Shown piece after piece: positions 60,357-64,000 of a DNA stretch of 64,000 nucleotides. A program made the translations under genes and the position numbers. Location of the stretch: NCBI RefSeq assembly GCF_009914755.1, contig NC_060945.1; one strand, 5' to 3'. The DNA comes from the human T2T-CHM13v2.0 reference genome, Homo sapiens. The notes under the pieces are model-generated. The model was not told where the DNA came from. It searched no databases and saw only the letters and a program-made list of their open reading frames with translations. Position 1 is the first letter of the stretch. The number at the start of each line of letters is the position of its first letter.

Positions 60357-61385
60357 AGCCACCAGCCACGGCGCTTAGTGGAGGGTCTGCGGCCAGGCTC
60401 CCGGCGGAAAGATTCCGGGGAGGGCTCGGGGGTTGTCCCAGCCCGCGCTAAGCGCCGCAGCCTCGCCCGGCTTTCCTGCTTCCTCGGACTGTGCAGGGGA
60501 AGCCTGGGGTCTCGCGGGGCGCAGCAGTCAGGTCGAGGGTGCAGCAGGAGGGGAGTCCTGACGGGCAGGTCCCTCTTTCCCCTGGTGCGCAACACTGGTT
60601 GGTAGCTTTTGCGGAGGTGGTGAAGAAGGGCAGGAGGCCTGTTGAGCGGAGGAGTCGGGGGATCCCTAATTATGTGACAGGAGACCCTTTCCAGTTCGGC
60701 CTGTGGCCCATCCCTCTCTCACCGCCGGCAGATTGGAGTCTGCTCTCGGGGAGCCCCCAGGTAAACCCCTCACAGGGAGAAGGTTTCGGATTGGAAGGAG
60801 GACCGCGCTCGTGGGGCGCCTGTGAGAGCTGGGAAGCCCAAGGGGTAGCGTGTAGGGGGTTTTTTATGCGGGAGGAGCTGCCTCCTGGGCGGCGGGGACT
60901 TTCTGTCTCAGCCTGTCTGCCTTTGGGAAAACAAGGAGTTGCCGGAGAAGCAGGGAAAGAAAGGAGGGAGGGAAGGAGGGTCCTTGGGGGAATATTTGCG
61001 GGTCAAATCGATATCCCCGTTTGGCCACGAGAATGGCGATTTCAAAGCAGATTAGATTACTTTGTGGCATTTCAAATAAAACGGCAATTTCAGGGCCATG
61101 AGCACGTGGGCGACCCGCGGGAGCTGTGGGCCTGGCAGGCTCGCACAGGCGCCCGGGCTGCCGGCCGCTGCGGGGATTTCTCCCCCAGCCTTTTCTTTTT
61201 AACAGAGGGCAAAGGGGCGACGGCGAGAGCACAGATGGCGGCTGCGGAGCCGGGGAGGCGGCGGGGAGACGCGCGGGACTCGTGGGGAGGGCTGGCAGGG
61301 TGCAGGGGTTCCGCGTGACCTGCCCGGCTCCCAGGCATCGGGCTGGGCGCTGCAGTTTACCGATTTGCTTTCGTCCCTCGTCCAG

Positions 61386-61468
61386 GTTTAGGAGACGCGT
61401 GGGGACAGCCGAGCCGCGCCGGGCCCCTGGACGGCGTCGCCAAGGAGCTGGGATCGCACTTGCTGCAG
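61386..61468 (+). CDS. SIM2: SIM2 coding exon 2 (linker between bHLH and PAS-A)
   Basis: Acceptor TTTGCTTTCGTCCCTCGTCCAG| with TTTAC branch candidate (A at 61359); donor CAG|GTAGAG. 83 nt; joined to exon 1 (175+83=258 nt, 86 codons) it reads GLGDAWGQPSRAGPLDGVAKELGSHLLQ. Not in the ORF track. Confidence 0.96.
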
Positions 61469-61921
61469 GTAGAGCGGCCGCGCCGGGGGAGGAGGGCAGC
61501 CGCCGCAGGCTCCCTTCCCACCCCGCCACCCCAGCCTCCAGGCGTCCCTTCCCCAGGAGCGCCAGGCAGATCCAGAGGCTGCCGGGGGCTGGGGATGGGG
61601 TGGTCCCCACTGCGGAGGGATGGACGCTTAGCATGTCGGATGCGGCCTGCGGCCAACCCTACCCTAACCCTACGTCTGCCCCCACACCCCGCCGAAGGCC
61701 CCAGGACTCCCCAGGCCACCTGAGACCTACGCCAGGGGCGCCTCCCGAGCGTGGTCAAGTGCTTTCCAATCTCACTTCCCTCAGCAGGTTCCACCCAGCG
61801 CTTGCTCTGTGCCAGGCGCCAGGGCTGGAGCAGCAGAAATGATTGGGCTGCTCTGAGCTCTGAAGCATTCGGCCGCTGTGTGTGTGCAAGGGGCGCAAGG
61901 ACGGAGAGACAGCATCAATAA

Positions 61922-62329
<408 letters not shown>

Positions 62330-62344
62330 TTGATTCTGTTTTTA

Positions 62345-62450
62345 ACTCCATTTTTTAGAGGAGGAAATTGAGGCACAGAGAGGTTAAATAACATGTCTAA
62401 GGTCACACAGCAAGGGGTGGAGCGGAGTTAGCCCACTGGCCTAGCTCTAG
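62345..62450 (-). mobile_element. MIR
   Basis: CCATTTTTTAGAGGAGGAAATTGAGGCACAGAGAGGTTAAATAAC...AAGGTCACACAGC. Confidence 0.82.
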
Positions 62451-64000
62451 AGCCCACCCGGATAACCAGAACTTGGTGAGGCCTCCGGGCTCTTGCTTGG
62501 TTTGGAGCCAGGTGCTTAGCGCCCCGAGCCCGGGGCCATTCACCCTGCAGGAGCTGCACGCGCCCCTGACCTCGGCTTTTCCCTGGCAGCAGAGGGGCTT
62601 TGCGGGTCGGCCGGGTAGCCCTGAGCACAGCTCGCCACTTCCAGGTGGGCTGTTGGCGCTGGCTGGGGACACATCCCGATCTTTCAAATGCCCTTTACAG
62701 AGCCTCATCAACGACCCGATTCATTCCCCTCTCCTGTCATTTGTCTCTGCCATCGAAAAATGCCTACCGAGAGCTGCTCTGCATTTCCGCCCTCTATTTT
62801 GTGTTTTACTTTAAAATAATAATAAAAAAAAATGTTGGCTGCAGGACGCCATGACTTAGGTCAGCGAGTCAGCCGCTAGCTCTGCATTTCCAAAAAGCAG
62901 ATCTTTTCACAACTCTCTTGCCCCAAGTGCCCTGGTGTGGTTTATTTTTTAAAATGCATGCCTGCGGAAGAGAAGACCCGGGGAATATTCGAAACCCCGA
63001 GCTTTTACAACATAAAGCGCATGGTGTGGCCGCGGCGGGTAATGGCGCTCTGGGAGCCCTGCCCAGGCGGCCTCTGCTCGCCCTCCTCCACTTCCAGCTC
63101 CGAGCTGGGTGTGTTGCAAGTTTCATACTCCTACATATTATAAGTGACACTAATATCAGGGACAACTAAGTGCTGGGGAACTTCAATGAAAACCTGGCTG
63201 GTAAAGTCAACACCCCCAGACTTCTCTGTGCTACATTTCTTTAATTAATTCCGGAGTGGTGTGTGGACGGGCGTCTTTGCAGTTATTATACACGTAAGTG
63301 AATTAGGCCATTTGAAGCTACGAAGTCATACCCAACATTTTCCATTAAGAATATTATTTTTTTAGCTACTGCTGGCAACTTTTAGAATTTAATTATGATA
63401 ATTTTCCTCTTTTCCTCATTATCCCAGATATGGCTGGTTGTGAGATACTTTTTCACTAAATGTGTCTTTTTAATGATTTTGGAATTAAGCAAGTATGCCA
63501 AATGCGCCAAGACATTTATAACTTTAGAAATTGCTGTATAGTATATATTTTTGGAACACCACAGGTTTAGTTGGGAAAATATTTTGCAGCTGAGTTAGAA
63601 ACTTGAAAGTTAGGCTTATAATCAAGATGCTGATTTTCAACCTTAGCATCGGGGAAGGTAATGATAGTTTAGTTGGCAAAGACTTTTTGCAGCAAACTGT
63701 ATTTGAGACAGCAGAATCCAAGGATATCTTTCAAGATTCACTTATACTACATTCTTTTTAGCCCCCTCTCTAGGGGTGGAGGGGGTGGCTTAGAAAAACC
63801 AAAGGTAATCTGGTTTCAATTACATGCTGTAAAAATAGAATTTGTGGCCAGAAATTAATTTGGAATATTTTTTATGGGGGCAACATTGTGGGTTGTATGA
63901 GTCTTTCACCAACTTTATTGCTTTTCTTTGGTTCTGGATCTAAAATATGAATGAGTAAATAAAATACAGTTTCCTTTTTCAAAAATAATTTAGTCTTTTT

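Larger units (their letters stand above)
59830..61760. promoter_or_regulatory. CpG island covering 3' intron 1 and exon 2
   Basis: High CpG and GC density. Confidence 0.82.

Noticed and set aside
60491-61842. Overlapping 238-275 aa ORFs near exon 2
   Set aside because: CpG-island artefacts; the real exon is 83 nt and bounded by splice sites.

Overview
Primate, very probably human, genomic DNA at the SIM2 locus (in human, chr21q22.13). About 51 kb of upstream intergenic sequence is followed by the SIM2 promoter, coding exon 1 (51934-52108), a 9.3-kb intron 1, coding exon 2 (61386-61468) and the start of intron 2, all on the + strand. The spliced exons encode the bHLH N-terminus [86 protein letters not shown]. 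The first ~42.7 kb is repeat-dense (about 31 Alu copies or fragments, L1/HAL1, MaLR and ERVL LTRs, MIR, L2, MER58A, microsatellites). From ~42.7 to ~62.0 kb I found no Alu, and the region is dominated by CpG islands. No other protein-coding gene, RNA gene or CRISPR array is supported. Best leads: (1) a 7-codon uORF whose stop overlaps the SIM2 start codon (ATGA), plus a second 28-codon uORF; (2) a GT-AG-bounded pyrimidine tract in intron 1 whose removal would give a 178-aa bHLH-only isoform; (3) a twin-hairpin, GATA-rich element in non-repeat DNA at ~12.7 kb; (4) strong antisense splice donors in the promoter islands; (5) a perfect DUX4 site in a sense-oriented THE1/MST LTR. Repeat subfamily names and repeat boundaries were assigned by eye and are approximate.
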